From Candidatus Aenigmatarchaeota archaeon (GTDB lineage Archaea; Aenigmatarchaeota; Aenigmatarchaeia; CG10238-14; SpSt-28): DNA of 64,000 nt. A program made the translations under genes and the position numbers. The notes under the pieces are model-generated. The model made no database searches. It saw nothing but the letters and a program-made list of their open reading frames with translations, and was not told the DNA's origin. Shown piece by piece: positions 1 to 10,612 of this stretch; the stretch's first letter is position 1, and each line of letters starts with the position of its first letter. The stretch spans positions 32,001 through 96,000 of the forward strand of contig JAWBMD010000001.1 of NCBI GenBank assembly GCA_039000985.1, in the 5' to 3' direction.

Positions 1-1
1 T

Positions 2-484
2 AAAAGGGAAGAAACTGCTGAAAAAATATTGGAAAGAGCAGCTAAAAAGTTAGGAAAAACATTAGATGAAGCTTATGAAGAAATAGGATTTTTTCTCCAA
101 AAAAAGTTTGGTTATTTGTTTGTAGCATTTAATGAAATAATGCAAAAAGAAAATACATTAGATAAAATTGGAGTTAAAGATGAGTGGAAAAATGCTATAT
201 TGGAAGCATTAAAAGAAAGATATGGGGAAAGATTAGTAGAAATAAAATATGAAATAAACATGAGTTCATTTGAAGAAGATGGAGTGAAAGCAATTAATGA
301 AATTTTGAAAAAATTGCAAAATGGAAATGTTAAAATAATTTATCTTTCAGCACCGAGATATCTTTTAAAGCTTTCAACTAAAAATCCAAAAGAAGATGAA
401 AGGAAATTAATAAAAAATCTAGAAGATGTTAAAAAAATTGCTTTGAGTAAAAAAGTTAATTTTGAGTTTAAAAAATTGAAATGA
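2..484 (+). CDS. eif2a: Translation initiation factor aIF2 alpha subunit, C-terminal part (5'-truncated by the window edge)
   Basis: Frame is open from base 2 (KREETAEKILE...). C-terminal GVKAI...YLSAPRYLLKL motif is typical of a/eIF2 alpha. Confidence 0.8.
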   Translation, partial: KREETAEKILERAAKKLGKTLDEAYEEIGFFLQKKFGYLFVAFNEIMQKENTLDKIGVKDEWKNAILEALKERYGERLVEIKYEINMSSFEEDGVKAINEILKKLQNGNVKIIYLSAPRYLLKLSTKNPKEDERKLIKNLEDVKKIALSKKVNFEFKKLK

Positions 485-1398
485 AAAAAGTAATTGATTT
501 AAACATAGAAAAAAATTTTGATTTGAAAAAAATAATTGATTCTTATTCAAATATAGGTGGTTTTAATGCAGCACATTTTTATGATGGTATAAAAATTTTG
601 GAAAAAATGATAAAAGATGAAAAATGTAAAAAAATATTGTCATTTACTGGAAATATAATTTCAACAGGAGTTAGAGGGATAATAAAAAGCTTTTTGGAGA
701 AAAAATTTTTTGATTTAGTAATAACTACTTGTGGTTCTTTAGATCATGATATTGCAAGGAGTTTTTCAAATTATTATTGTGGAAGTTTTTTTGTAGATGA
801 TAAAGAATTGGTTAAAAAAGGTTTTCATAGGTTGGGAAATGTTTTCATACCTTTTAAAAATTATGGAAAATTAATAGAAGAAAAGATTTCGGAATTAGTG
901 AAAAAATTAAATGGGAAGGAATTAGCAACTTATGAATTTTGTTGGGAGTTAGGGAAATTTATAAATAAAGAATCATCTTTTCTATTCCAATGCTATAAAA
1001 ATAAAATTCCTGTTATAGTACCAGGATTTTATGATGGAGCTGTTGGTTGTCAAATTTGGCTTAATTTTCAAAGAGGTAAAAAAGTTTTTATTAATTTAAT
1101 TAAAGATGAGCAATTTTTAAGTGATTTTGTTTGGAATAGTGAAAAGCTTGGTGCTTTAATAATTGGTGGTGGAATTTCAAAGCATCATACAATTTGGTGG
1201 GCTCAGTTTAAAAATGGTTTAGATTATTCTGTTTATATAACAACAGCTAGTGAATATGATGGTAGTTTAGCAGGAGCAAGAACAAGGGAAGCTATTACAT
1301 GGAAAAAAATAAAGAGAAATGCTTTACATACAACTATAGAGTGTGATGTTACAATAATTTTACCAATAATTTATAGCTATTTGATACAATCGGTCTAA
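481..1398 (+). CDS. dys: Deoxyhypusine synthase
   Basis: Motifs FTGNIISTG, HRLGNV, GGGISKHH, EYDGSLAGA, EAITWKK. Confidence 0.95.
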   Translation: MKKVIDLNIEKNFDLKKIIDSYSNIGGFNAAHFYDGIKILEKMIKDEKCKKILSFTGNIISTGVRGIIKSFLEKKFFDLVITTCGSLDHDIARSFSNYYCGSFFVDDKELVKKGFHRLGNVFIPFKNYGKLIEEKISELVKKLNGKELATYEFCWELGKFINKESSFLFQCYKNKIPVIVPGFYDGAVGCQIWLNFQRGKKVFINLIKDEQFLSDFVWNSEKLGALIIGGGISKHHTIWWAQFKNGLDYSVYITTASEYDGSLAGARTREAITWKKIKRNALHTTIECDVTIILPIIYSYLIQSV

Positions 1399-1521
1399 AA
1401 GCTATTTTTTATAATTGCTATCAGAATTATATAATTACAATAGACCAGATTCAAAATCAAAAGTATAGTAGAGAAAAAATCTTTATTTAACTAATTTAAA
1501 ACATTTTTATTAAATTAATTT

Positions 1522-3015
1522 GTGATTATAGAAAAATATAATGTAGTTTCTCAAAACATTTCAAATGAAGTAACTATTGAAAAAACAAATGATTTTGTAT
1601 TGCATTATAATTTAAAAACTCAAGAAATTGGAAAAGGAACTATTGGTTTATTAAATAAAGTTAAGACAAATTTGCTTGCCGAGATACCATTAAAGCATGG
1701 CGAAATCACAGATTTTCAAAAATGGGAGGAAATAAAAAATAATGTATACCAAAAAGCTATTAATGAAATAAAAAAAGAGCTTCCAACAATAGATGAAAAA
1801 ACATGCAAATTTTTAGCCGGGACTTTAATTCAAGAAATGTTTGGTTTAGGTAAGCTAGAATTTTTAATAGAAGACCCAAATTTAGAAGAAATAGCTATAA
1901 ATGGTTCTAAACAACCAGTTTGGGTTTATCATAAAAAATATGGATGGTTAAAAACTAATATATTTGTACCAAGCGAAATGGATATACAAAATTATGCTAA
2001 CACAATAGCTAGAAGAATTGGTAGACAAATAACTTTGTTAGATCCTTTGCTAGATGCACATTTACCAACTGGTGATAGAGTAAATTCAACTTTATTTCCA
2101 ATATCATCTTTTGGAAATACTTTAACTATAAGAAAGTTTAGAAGGTCTCCATGGACTATTACAGAATTAATAAAAAATAATACTTTTAATTCGGAAATAG
2201 CTAGTTTTATTTGGTTATCAATTCAATATGAATTAAACATGATAGTTGCTGGTGGTACCGGTAGCGGAAAAACAACATTGTTAAATGTTTTTGCAAATTT
2301 TATACCTCCAAATCATAGAATAGTTTCTATTGAAGACACAAGGGAGCTAAATCTTTCAGAATTTTTACATTGGGTACCTTTAACAACAAGAGAACCAAAT
2401 CCAGAAGGTCTTGGTGGTGTGGAAATGCTTGATTTAGTTATAAATAGCTTGAGAATGAGACCGGATAGAATAATAGTTGGAGAAATAAGAAGGGCTAGGG
2501 AGGCTGAAGTTTTATTTGAAGCTATGCATACTGGTCATTCTGTTTATGCTACATTGCACGCAGATACGGCAGATCAAGCAGTAAAAAGATTAATAAATCC
2601 ACCAATAAATGTTCCGGAATCTGTTCTAGATGCTTTACATTTAATTGCTGTTGCTTTCAGAGATAGAAGAACTGGTAAAAGGAGATTGTTTCAAGTAGCT
2701 GAAATAATAGCTGGAGAAAAAGGAGTTAGGATTAATGTTTTTTATAAATGGAAGCCAGCTAAGGATATAATAGAAAAAGAGGGAGAGATTTATAGAATAT
2801 TTGAGGAAATAAGGTCATTTACTGGAATGAGCGATGAAGAAATAAAGGATGATCTGGAAGAGAAAGAAAAAATAATTAAATATTTTGTAAAAAATGATAT
2901 AACGGATTTGAATAAAATTGGGAAAATAATTTCCATTTATTACATAGATAAAAATTTCGTTCTAAAAAATTTAGACAAAAAAATTGATGAGATAATAAAG
3001 AAATGGGAAAGTTGA
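1522..3015 (+). CDS. Type IV pilus/secretion ATPase (TadA/FlaI/VirB11 family)
   Basis: Walker A GGTGSGKTT, SIEDTREL, LRMRPDRIIVGEIR, His box TGHSVYATLHA. Confidence 0.93.
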   Translation: MIIEKYNVVSQNISNEVTIEKTNDFVLHYNLKTQEIGKGTIGLLNKVKTNLLAEIPLKHGEITDFQKWEEIKNNVYQKAINEIKKELPTIDEKTCKFLAGTLIQEMFGLGKLEFLIEDPNLEEIAINGSKQPVWVYHKKYGWLKTNIFVPSEMDIQNYANTIARRIGRQITLLDPLLDAHLPTGDRVNSTLFPISSFGNTLTIRKFRRSPWTITELIKNNTFNSEIASFIWLSIQYELNMIVAGGTGSGKTTLLNVFANFIPPNHRIVSIEDTRELNLSEFLHWVPLTTREPNPEGLGGVEMLDLVINSLRMRPDRIIVGEIRRAREAEVLFEAMHTGHSVYATLHADTADQAVKRLINPPINVPESVLDALHLIAVAFRDRRTGKRRLFQVAEIIAGEKGVRINVFYKWKPAKDIIEKEGEIYRIFEEIRSFTGMSDEEIKDDLEEKEKIIKYFVKNDITDLNKIGKIISIYYIDKNFVLKNLDKKIDEIIKKWES

Positions 3016-3872
3016 GAATACCACTTTTACCTTTTCCTTTAGAAAAAGCAGTAAAGTTTTCAAAGGGTATTATGTTTTTAAGCAATTATTTAATTAAATT
3101 CTTTCCAGGATTGCAGCAATCTTTAATTCAGGCTAATATAAATTTGAAGGATAGGGAATATTTATCTGTAGCTATATTTTCAAGTATTTTTTGGTTTTTG
3201 ATTTTTTTTACAATTTTTATTTCTCTTTCAAAATCTCTACTTAATTCATTTTTGGTATCATTTGCTTTACAAATAATTATTTTAATTTATATAGCATCAT
3301 TTCCAAAATATCTTGTTTCAAAAAGAAATAGAGATATAGAAAGAAATTTGCTTTTTGCTGTTAAGCATTTGCTTATTCAAATAAAAAGTGGAGTTTCTTT
3401 GTTCGACGCAATAGTTTCTGTTTCTAAAGGAAATTACGGAGAAGTATCAAAAGAATTTGAAAGATGTGCAAAAGAAATTTATTCTGGTAGAGAACAAATA
3501 TCAGCTTTAGAAGATATAACAATTAGAAATCCAAATATTTCTTTTAGAAGAGTAATTTGGCAATTAATAAATGCTATGAGAACGGGTACAGATTTAGGTA
3601 GTTCATTAGAAGTTATGGTTAATAATTTATCAAATGAGCAAAGAATAGCAATAAGAAAATATGGTTCCGAGCTAGGACCAATTGCTTTAATGTATTTAAT
3701 GACATCTATTATATTTCCAACTTTGGGAATTGTTTTCATGATAATTTTTTCTTCGTTTAGCGGGATAGCAGTTCCAGAAACCCTTTTTTATATTGTGATA
3801 TTTATGGTTTTAGTTTTTCAATTTACATTTCTAGGAATGATAAAAAGCAAAAGACCTTCTGTTGAAGTATGA
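3003..3872 (+). CDS. Pilus platform membrane protein (TadC/T2SF family)
   Basis: Multiple TM segments and a YGEVSKEF motif; directly follows the ATPase. Confidence 0.85.
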   Translation: MGKLRIPLLPFPLEKAVKFSKGIMFLSNYLIKFFPGLQQSLIQANINLKDREYLSVAIFSSIFWFLIFFTIFISLSKSLLNSFLVSFALQIIILIYIASFPKYLVSKRNRDIERNLLFAVKHLLIQIKSGVSLFDAIVSVSKGNYGEVSKEFERCAKEIYSGREQISALEDITIRNPNISFRRVIWQLINAMRTGTDLGSSLEVMVNNLSNEQRIAIRKYGSELGPIALMYLMTSIIFPTLGIVFMIIFSSFSGIAVPETLFYIVIFMVLVFQFTFLGMIKSKRPSVEV

Positions 3873-4867
3873 ATTACAAAAAAATTTTTAGAAAAATAAG
3901 GGGGTTTTTCCCAGGTTTTTTAATAAAAAAGTTTGAAGAATATCATTCTTTAGCTTCAATAGAAACAGAATTTGAAAAATTTTTTGTCTATTCATTTAAT
4001 TTTTCTTTAGCATTTTCGTTTTTCATTTTTGTTTTGTCAATAATATTTTTCAAAAGCTTGTTTTCGATAATTTTGATTCCAATAGGATTTTTACTTTCAA
4101 TGGTTTTAATATTAGTTAATTTAAATTTAATAGCTGATAAAAAAGCTAGATTTTCAGAAGAAGTGTTGCCAGATTTATTATTGTTAATGGCAAGCAATAT
4201 AAGAGCTGGTTTAACTCCAGATAAATCATTAGCTCTTTCAGCAAGGCCAGAATTTGGTATATTGGAAAGAGAAATAAAAAGTGTTGCAACAAAATCATTA
4301 GCTGGAAAACCTTTTGAGGAAGCTTTATTAGAATTAACTAAAAAAATAAAGTCTAGATTAATAGAAAGAACCATTAATTTGATTATTGAGGGAGTGAAAA
4401 AAGGTGGTGAAATAGCAAAGCTTTTAGAGCAAACAGCTAATGATATAAGGGATTTAAAAACTATGAAAAGAGAAATTTCATCACAAGTTGGTATGTATGT
4501 TATTTTTATTTTTATTGCTTCCGGAATAATTTCTCCAGCACTTTTTTCATTTTCCACCTATTTGTTAGAGACATTGCAAAAAATATCAAAAGAAGTAAGA
4601 ATAGAGGGACCAACAACAGCTTCATTGCCCCAATTCAAGTTTTTAAGATTTGGTGGAGGAATTAGTATTTCTGTAGATTTTATTAGAATTTATGCTTTAT
4701 CAATAAATTTGCTAATTTCATTTTTTGGTAGTTTGATAATTGGATTAATAAGTGAAGGTAGAGAAAAAGCTGGAGTAAAATTCATCCCATCATTATTAAC
4801 TTTAAATATTGCAGTATTTTTTGGAGCAAGTTATGCTGTTAATATAATTTCTAAGCTGTTTGTGTGA
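3869..4867 (+). CDS. Second pilus platform membrane protein (TadC/T2SF family)
   Basis: LPDLLLLMASNIRAGL...RPEFGIL and GGEIAKLLE motifs; TM segments. Confidence 0.87.
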   Translation: MNYKKIFRKIRGFFPGFLIKKFEEYHSLASIETEFEKFFVYSFNFSLAFSFFIFVLSIIFFKSLFSIILIPIGFLLSMVLILVNLNLIADKKARFSEEVLPDLLLLMASNIRAGLTPDKSLALSARPEFGILEREIKSVATKSLAGKPFEEALLELTKKIKSRLIERTINLIIEGVKKGGEIAKLLEQTANDIRDLKTMKREISSQVGMYVIFIFIASGIISPALFSFSTYLLETLQKISKEVRIEGPTTASLPQFKFLRFGGGISISVDFIRIYALSINLLISFFGSLIIGLISEGREKAGVKFIPSLLTLNIAVFFGASYAVNIISKLFV

Positions 4868-5867
4868 ATTTTCCAAAAATTTTTATTTTATAACCACAAA
4901 ACTTACAATTGTTTTTTTCATCTAAGTTCCAAGATGTTATAGAAAATCCATATCTTCCAACAACAACATTTTTACATTCCGGACAATAAGTGCTTTCATA
5001 CGGATGACCCCAAACATTTCCTATATAAACATAATTAAAGCCAAAATCCTTAGCTATTTCATAATGCTTTTCTAATGTTTTTATTGGAGTTGGTGGTAAA
5101 TCTAAAAGCTTATAATTTGGGAAAAACCTAAGGAAATGTATAGGTAAATCATTACCAAAATTATCTAACAAAAATTTAAGCATTTTTTTACAATCTTCTA
5201 TATCATCACCAATTTTTGGAATAATTAAATCAGTAATTTCAACATGCAATCCTTTTAATTTTGGTAAACAATCAAAAACTGGTTGCATTGATGGAATTAA
5301 AATATTTTTTCTGACAAATTCTAAATTTCCATTACCTTTTATATCAACTGTTATGCAATCCAAAAACTTTTTAACTTCTTTTATTGTTTCATCAGTATAA
5401 TAACCATTTGAAACGAAAATATTTATCAAACCTTTTTTTCTTGCAATTTTTCCAGTATCGCTTGCAAACTCTATAAAAATGGATGGCTCATTATATGTAT
5501 AAGCAATTCCTTGGCAATTGTTAACAATAGCTTCATTAACTATTTCTTTTGGTAGCATATCAATTCCAGCTATTTCTCTTCTTTGGCTTATATCAAAATT
5601 TTGGCAATATTTGCAAGCCCAAGAACAACCCGTTGTACCTATTGAAAGAATTTTTGATCCAGGCATGTAATGCATAACTGGTTTTTTTTCTATTGGGTCT
5701 ATATTGCAAGCTATAACTTTACCATATACAAGCAAATAGAGATTACCATTTATATTTTTTCTTACACCACAAAATCCTATTTGATTTTTAGATAATGTGC
5801 ATTTTCTTGCACATGCTTTACAAATTACCCTTCCATTAGCTTTTTCAAACAATCTAGCTTTTTTCAC
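4851..5867 (-). CDS. AmmeMemoRadiSam-system radical SAM enzyme (PflA-like)
   Basis: N-terminal CxxCxxxC...GFCGVR, DPIEKKP, CSWACKYC, YTYNEP, C-terminal CPEC...CKFC. Confidence 0.9.
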   Translation of the reverse strand: MKKARLFEKANGRVICKACARKCTLSKNQIGFCGVRKNINGNLYLLVYGKVIACNIDPIEKKPVMHYMPGSKILSIGTTGCSWACKYCQNFDISQRREIAGIDMLPKEIVNEAIVNNCQGIAYTYNEPSIFIEFASDTGKIARKKGLINIFVSNGYYTDETIKEVKKFLDCITVDIKGNGNLEFVRKNILIPSMQPVFDCLPKLKGLHVEITDLIIPKIGDDIEDCKKMLKFLLDNFGNDLPIHFLRFFPNYKLLDLPPTPIKTLEKHYEIAKDFGFNYVYIGNVWGHPYESTYCPECKNVVVGRYGFSITSWNLDEKNNCKFCGYKIKIFGKFTQTA

Positions 5868-6631
5868 TATTTGCTAAAAAATTTTTTGATTTTTGTAAAT
5901 AAACTTTCTTTTTCTTCAAATTTTTCTCCAGCTATAAAGGAAGCTATTTTTATTATTTCTATTGCAGCTTTAGAATTTTTATTTAACAAAATTAATGGTA
6001 CTCTAGCATTTATGCTTTTTTCAACATTTTCGTCTTCAGGAATTTTACCTATTATGTTTAATCCGGTTAAAGCTCTTATTTCTTCTTCCAGCATTTCATA
6101 TTTTTTTCTTTTTACTCTGTTCAGAACTAAACCTAATGGTATTACAGAATGAGCATCTAAAATTTTCAAGCATTTTACTATATCAACTATTGAGATGAAA
6201 TTTGGGTTTGATATAAAAATAGCTTCCTCGCTACATAAAATGCTAAGCATACCTTCTCTACCAAATCCTGGAGCAGAGTCAATAATTACAAAATCTCTTG
6301 TTGAAAAATTTTCTTTTATTTTTTCTTTCAATCCATCAAAATTTACATTAACCAAATCTGATATATCCAAAGATGATGGAATGAATTCTATACCATTACC
6401 ATAGCTATATATCACATTGCTTATTGGGACTTCATTTCTAAGAAAATTGTTTAATGTATATGCATAGTTATATTTTCCAAGATATAGTGAAAGATGGGAT
6501 GTTGTTATGTTTAAATCAATCAAAACTACTCTTTTTTTAAAAAATAATGATAAAGCTATTGCAAGATTTGCTGTGAAAACAGTTTTTCCAACACCACCTT
6601 TGCCAGATAATACAGATATTATCCTCACCAT
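5867..6631 (-). CDS. MinD/ParA-family ATPase
   Basis: Deviant Walker A SGKGGVGKT, IIDSAPG, IPED; C-terminal amphipathic LFTKIKKFF. Confidence 0.9.
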   Translation of the reverse strand: MVRIISVLSGKGGVGKTVFTANLAIALSLFFKKRVVLIDLNITTSHLSLYLGKYNYAYTLNNFLRNEVPISNVIYSYGNGIEFIPSSLDISDLVNVNFDGLKEKIKENFSTRDFVIIDSAPGFGREGMLSILCSEEAIFISNPNFISIVDIVKCLKILDAHSVIPLGLVLNRVKRKKYEMLEEEIRALTGLNIIGKIPEDENVEKSINARVPLILLNKNSKAAIEIIKIASFIAGEKFEEKESLFTKIKKFFSK

Positions 6632-6922
6632 CTATAAATTCTTTATGATTCCTTTATTTTTTAACCAAAAAAATTCTGTTGGGCTATACTTATGTATTAT
6701 ATCTCCTTTCTTATCTCCACCAATTTTCCATTTTTTTACTAAAATTAAATCACCCCTACTTACCCAAATTCTTTTCCTAATTCTTCCAGTTAATCTACAT
6801 ATTCTCACTTTTCCATCTTCACATTTAACAGAAAATCTGTCCCCACCTAAAGCTTCGTCTATTATTCCAAAAACTTCATCCTCATTTTCAGGCAATCTAA
6901 CTCTTATTACTTCTTCTCCCAT
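6632..6922 (-). CDS. eif1a: Translation initiation factor aIF1A
   Basis: RVRLP...LGG...CEDGKVR...GRIRKRIW..GDLILV. Confidence 0.93.
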   Translation of the reverse strand: MGEEVIRVRLPENEDEVFGIIDEALGGDRFSVKCEDGKVRICRLTGRIRKRIWVSRGDLILVKKWKIGGDKKGDIIHKYSPTEFFWLKNKGIIKNL

Positions 6923-6968
6923 AATAAGAAGTTCCTTAATAATTTTTTATTTTTTCCACAATTAAATT

Positions 6969-7316
6969 ATGGAGAAATTTAAACAAGTTATTATTGTAAG
7001 AAAAGATTTAAAAACGAGTAAAGGAAAACTAGCAGTTCAATGCTGTCATGCTTGTATAGGTGCTTTAAAGCAAGTGGAAGAAAAAGTTATCGAGGAATGG
7101 GAAAAAGAAGGAGCAAAAAAAGTTATTTTAAAAGTTAAGGATTTAAATGAATTAGAAAAAATAGAAAAAGAGCTAAAGAAAAACAAAATAAATTATTTTT
7201 TGGTTATAGATGCCGGTAAAACTCAGCTAAAGAAAGGAACAATAACTTGCATAGGTATTGGTCCAATAGAAAGTAAAAAAATAGATAAAATAACAGGAAA
7301 ACTAAAGCTACTTTGA
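6969..7316 (+). CDS. pth2: Peptidyl-tRNA hydrolase Pth2
   Basis: KQVIIVRKDL, GKLAVQCCHA, DAGKTQ, GIGP, ITGKLKLL. Confidence 0.95.
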   Translation: MEKFKQVIIVRKDLKTSKGKLAVQCCHACIGALKQVEEKVIEEWEKEGAKKVILKVKDLNELEKIEKELKKNKINYFLVIDAGKTQLKKGTITCIGIGPIESKKIDKITGKLKLL

Positions 7317-9263
7317 ATTTATATCAATTCTTGTTGATATTGTGATATCAGCTTTACACGCTATTGGTTTTGGAATATCTGTGCCAGTTGGAGATATTTG
7401 AATACATTTATTATATTTGTATTTTTCACATTCCTTTGTAATAATATTAGTCTTTATACATGGACAGTTTTCGTCTATTGTTTTTTCATCTACGTTAACT
7501 ATTTCACCACTTGGAAGTTTACATGTTATTTTGCTTATGAAATTTTCATCTTTATCTTCTATACTTATATTAAGAAAAATATTTTCTCTTGTTATTATTT
7601 CTTTTCTCAAATAAACACTACAACCATCTTTGCATTTTTCTTCATAATAGTTTGCTATAAATGGAAAATTTTCTTTGTAGGAAATTACATTTTCACATTT
7701 ATTATTGCTAAAGCAATCTTCATTGTTGTTTATACAAGTTTGTTCTTTTTTGCTACAAATAGAAAAGTACCAATTTTCTGGTATTACTGCACAATCATAA
7801 TGAATCGTATCTACATATATACTATCTCCATCATTCTCTAAAACTACATCATATATTGCATTAACTAAAAATGTTAATGTTTTTTGTTCTTTTTCTCCTA
7901 CATCAACATTAGAAATATCTAAAACACAATCTATAAAATAGTCTTTACCCCTTTCTAAATATATTTTTCGAGGTAATTCTCCACCTCCAGAAAGATCGAA
8001 AGGTTTGCAATTAAATATTCTCAATTTTTCGCTTCCTATTCCAAGTGTTCTTAAAGATACTTTTGATATGTAAATATCTCCCCTACCTTTATTAGCAAAA
8101 CCTATTGTTAGTGGAACTATTTCATCTATTCCTTTTATTAAAGTTTTCTCTATTGCCTTTACACCAATTGCAAGAGGACCTGGAGTGCTAGTTGATTCAA
8201 ATGCAGTTGGTCTTTGTTTAAAATCTTTTCCTATTATATTTACAGAGACAAATCCAGTTGTGTTATAGGAATATCTAAATTTATATTTCCACTTAAGAGG
8301 GCTTTTACATGTAGAGTCAAATCTAAATATATATTCTTTTGGTAGTTGGTCTATTTCTAAATTTTCAAGCTTACATTCATACAATCTACCCTCTTCCTCT
8401 TCTTTATATTCACATTTTGTTCCAAATGCTGTTGTAAATAGAAAATCATTTGAGTGTGCTGATAAATAAACATTTTTTGCTGGAGGGACTATATCACAAA
8501 TTTTTTGACCAGCTACTTTTATACAATATTCTCTATCACCACCAGCTTTTATATTTATTGATATAGAACCAATAGAATAGGGAATTATATTTTGTCTCTG
8601 AACTTTAGTTTCTAATAAAAAACAATCTACACAGCCCAGTTTTATCGTTTCTACTTTTCTACAAACTACTTCTCTACAATATTTTCCTATACCGCCAGCA
8701 CTATACCAAACATCAGGACTTATAAAATTTGTTATTATGCAGGAAGCCATGCAAAAATTATCACTTATTTTTCCAATACCGGGTATTCTCATTTTTAATA
8801 TGTCTGTTATGTTCTGAAAAAGGAGAAAAGCAGCAATAATGATTAGAATTATAAATATAAAAGAAAATATAGGACGTGAACTAGGAAATTTATTATACAA
8901 AAACATAAAGGCTATAATAATTCCAATTAAAGCAATTATTATAAGGACCAGTGTCCAAATATTAAAAAACAAACCTCTTAGGAATGCGATAATGGAAATT
9001 AATATGATTAAAACTATTGGCAAAGCTAATATTTTGGAAGATGTTAATGCTGGTTGTTTTGATAAAAACTTTTCTTTAAATTCTGAAAATTCCTTAGGTT
9101 TTTCTTCAGCCATGCTTTTAGCCTTATTGAAATGATCTTCACATAAGAATCCAAAAGGAGTAGGTTTACCGGGTTTTTTACAAGCAGGCCAAACACATTT
9201 TACACTAATCTTTTCTTCAATTTTCTTTCCCCACTCTTTAAGCTTTTTACCTATTTTTACCAT
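7308..9263 (-). CDS. Hypothetical membrane-anchored protein with a large Cys-rich extracellular region
   Basis: 651-aa ORF with three hydrophobic segments near the N-terminus, then a beta-rich, Cys-rich region. Confidence 0.7.
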   Translation of the reverse strand: MVKIGKKLKEWGKKIEEKISVKCVWPACKKPGKPTPFGFLCEDHFNKAKSMAEEKPKEFSEFKEKFLSKQPALTSSKILALPIVLIILISIIAFLRGLFFNIWTLVLIIIALIGIIIAFMFLYNKFPSSRPIFSFIFIILIIIAAFLLFQNITDILKMRIPGIGKISDNFCMASCIITNFISPDVWYSAGGIGKYCREVVCRKVETIKLGCVDCFLLETKVQRQNIIPYSIGSISINIKAGGDREYCIKVAGQKICDIVPPAKNVYLSAHSNDFLFTTAFGTKCEYKEEEEGRLYECKLENLEIDQLPKEYIFRFDSTCKSPLKWKYKFRYSYNTTGFVSVNIIGKDFKQRPTAFESTSTPGPLAIGVKAIEKTLIKGIDEIVPLTIGFANKGRGDIYISKVSLRTLGIGSEKLRIFNCKPFDLSGGGELPRKIYLERGKDYFIDCVLDISNVDVGEKEQKTLTFLVNAIYDVVLENDGDSIYVDTIHYDCAVIPENWYFSICSKKEQTCINNNEDCFSNNKCENVISYKENFPFIANYYEEKCKDGCSVYLRKEIITRENIFLNISIEDKDENFISKITCKLPSGEIVNVDEKTIDENCPCIKTNIITKECEKYKYNKCIQISPTGTDIPKPIACKADITISTRIDINSK

Positions 9264-9850
9264 TTGCTTATCTTGCTTTTTATATCTTCAAAAACTTCCT
9301 CTTTATTTTTTTCTCCATTCACAATAATCATTTTTACTTTTTTTATTATTTTCCTTTCTTTTAAAATCTTTTCATATTTTTCTTCTACTTTCTTTAAAAA
9401 TTCCAATTCTTCAAATAATTTTCTTTTCTTTCCTTTTATTCTTTCAATAGATACTTCTGGCTTAATTTTAATAAATATTAAGTAATCTGGTAATGGAAAT
9501 AATTTTAGGTTTATTTCTAATAATTCTTTATAGTATTTATCATCCTCAACACTTCCATAAGCTATTGTAGAGAAAAAATATCTATCACATAAAACCCAAT
9601 ATCCACTTTTAAGTTTTTCTTTTATTTCTTTTACATGCTCAGATCTATCAGCCATCATTAACAATTGTATTGATAAATTGCTTAATTCATACTTTTTTTC
9701 CAACACTTTTCTTAAAAATTTTCCTATTATTCCATATGTTGGTTCTTTTGTTAAAAAAACTTTTTCGTTTTTCTTTGTTAAATAATCATATAGTAATTTA
9801 CATTGAGTACTTTTACCAGCTCCATCTATACCTTCCAAAACTATGAACAT
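9257..9850 (-). CDS. tmk: Thymidylate kinase
   Basis: FIVLEGIDGAGKSTQ, KEP, CDRY..S.IAY. Confidence 0.95.
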   Translation of the reverse strand: MFIVLEGIDGAGKSTQCKLLYDYLTKKNEKVFLTKEPTYGIIGKFLRKVLEKKYELSNLSIQLLMMADRSEHVKEIKEKLKSGYWVLCDRYFFSTIAYGSVEDDKYYKELLEINLKLFPLPDYLIFIKIKPEVSIERIKGKKRKLFEELEFLKKVEEKYEKILKERKIIKKVKMIIVNGEKNKEEVFEDIKSKISKW

Positions 9851-9877
9851 TAATTAAATTTTATCTATTACAAATTT

Positions 9878-10612
9878 ATGAGAAAAATAGCTATTACATC
9901 GCTAAAAAAAGGAATAGGTAGAACATCGTTTAGCTTTTCTTTAGCTTTTGCATTTAAAGAAATGGGAAAAAGCACAATAGCTATATTAGATAGTCCTATT
10001 ATCGCTTCTAATAAATATGTTGATGATTTTTTTAAAGAGCAAAGAAATATTAGCAATTATATAACATTTTTTGAAGGTTTATCTGTTTTACTAAGGAAAG
10101 GAGATGTTAATTTAGATAGGGAAATTGTTAATATTTTATTACAAAAAATTGGTGATGAAAAAAGATTTGATATACTTGTTTGGGATATAGATTATGATAT
10201 TTTATCTAATTGTTCTGATTTTTTTGAGGAAATAATTTTTGTTTCATTACCATATAAATCAGATTTAATTGAGTTAAAAGAAACTGCTAAGAATATAAAA
10301 AGAAAAGTTTATGTTGTTATAAATTTTTTACCTACAAGCATGGAAATAGATGATAAAAGCATATCTAATTTTTTAGGTTTAGAGCTATTGGGAAAAATTA
10401 GTTATGATGAAAGTGTTCAAGAAAGTATTTATTATAAATTGCCAGTTACTTTTTATAAAAGATATTCTTTATCATCAAAACAAATTTTTGATATTGCTTC
10501 AAAACTTTTGGTAACAGAGTATAATGAGAAATTCTTTTATAGGATATTAAGATTTTTCGATAGCTTGAAAAAATCAAAAATAAAATTAACAATAGAAGAG
10601 CTTTCTTTTTAA
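9878..10612 (+). CDS. Degenerate MinD/ParA-like protein
   Basis: MinD-like layout (IAITSLKKGIGRTS; LLGKISYDESVQES...PV) with an altered P-loop. Confidence 0.65.
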   Translation: MRKIAITSLKKGIGRTSFSFSLAFAFKEMGKSTIAILDSPIIASNKYVDDFFKEQRNISNYITFFEGLSVLLRKGDVNLDREIVNILLQKIGDEKRFDILVWDIDYDILSNCSDFFEEIIFVSLPYKSDLIELKETAKNIKRKVYVVINFLPTSMEIDDKSISNFLGLELLGKISYDESVQESIYYKLPVTFYKRYSLSSKQIFDIASKLLVTEYNEKFFYRILRFFDSLKKSKIKLTIEELSF

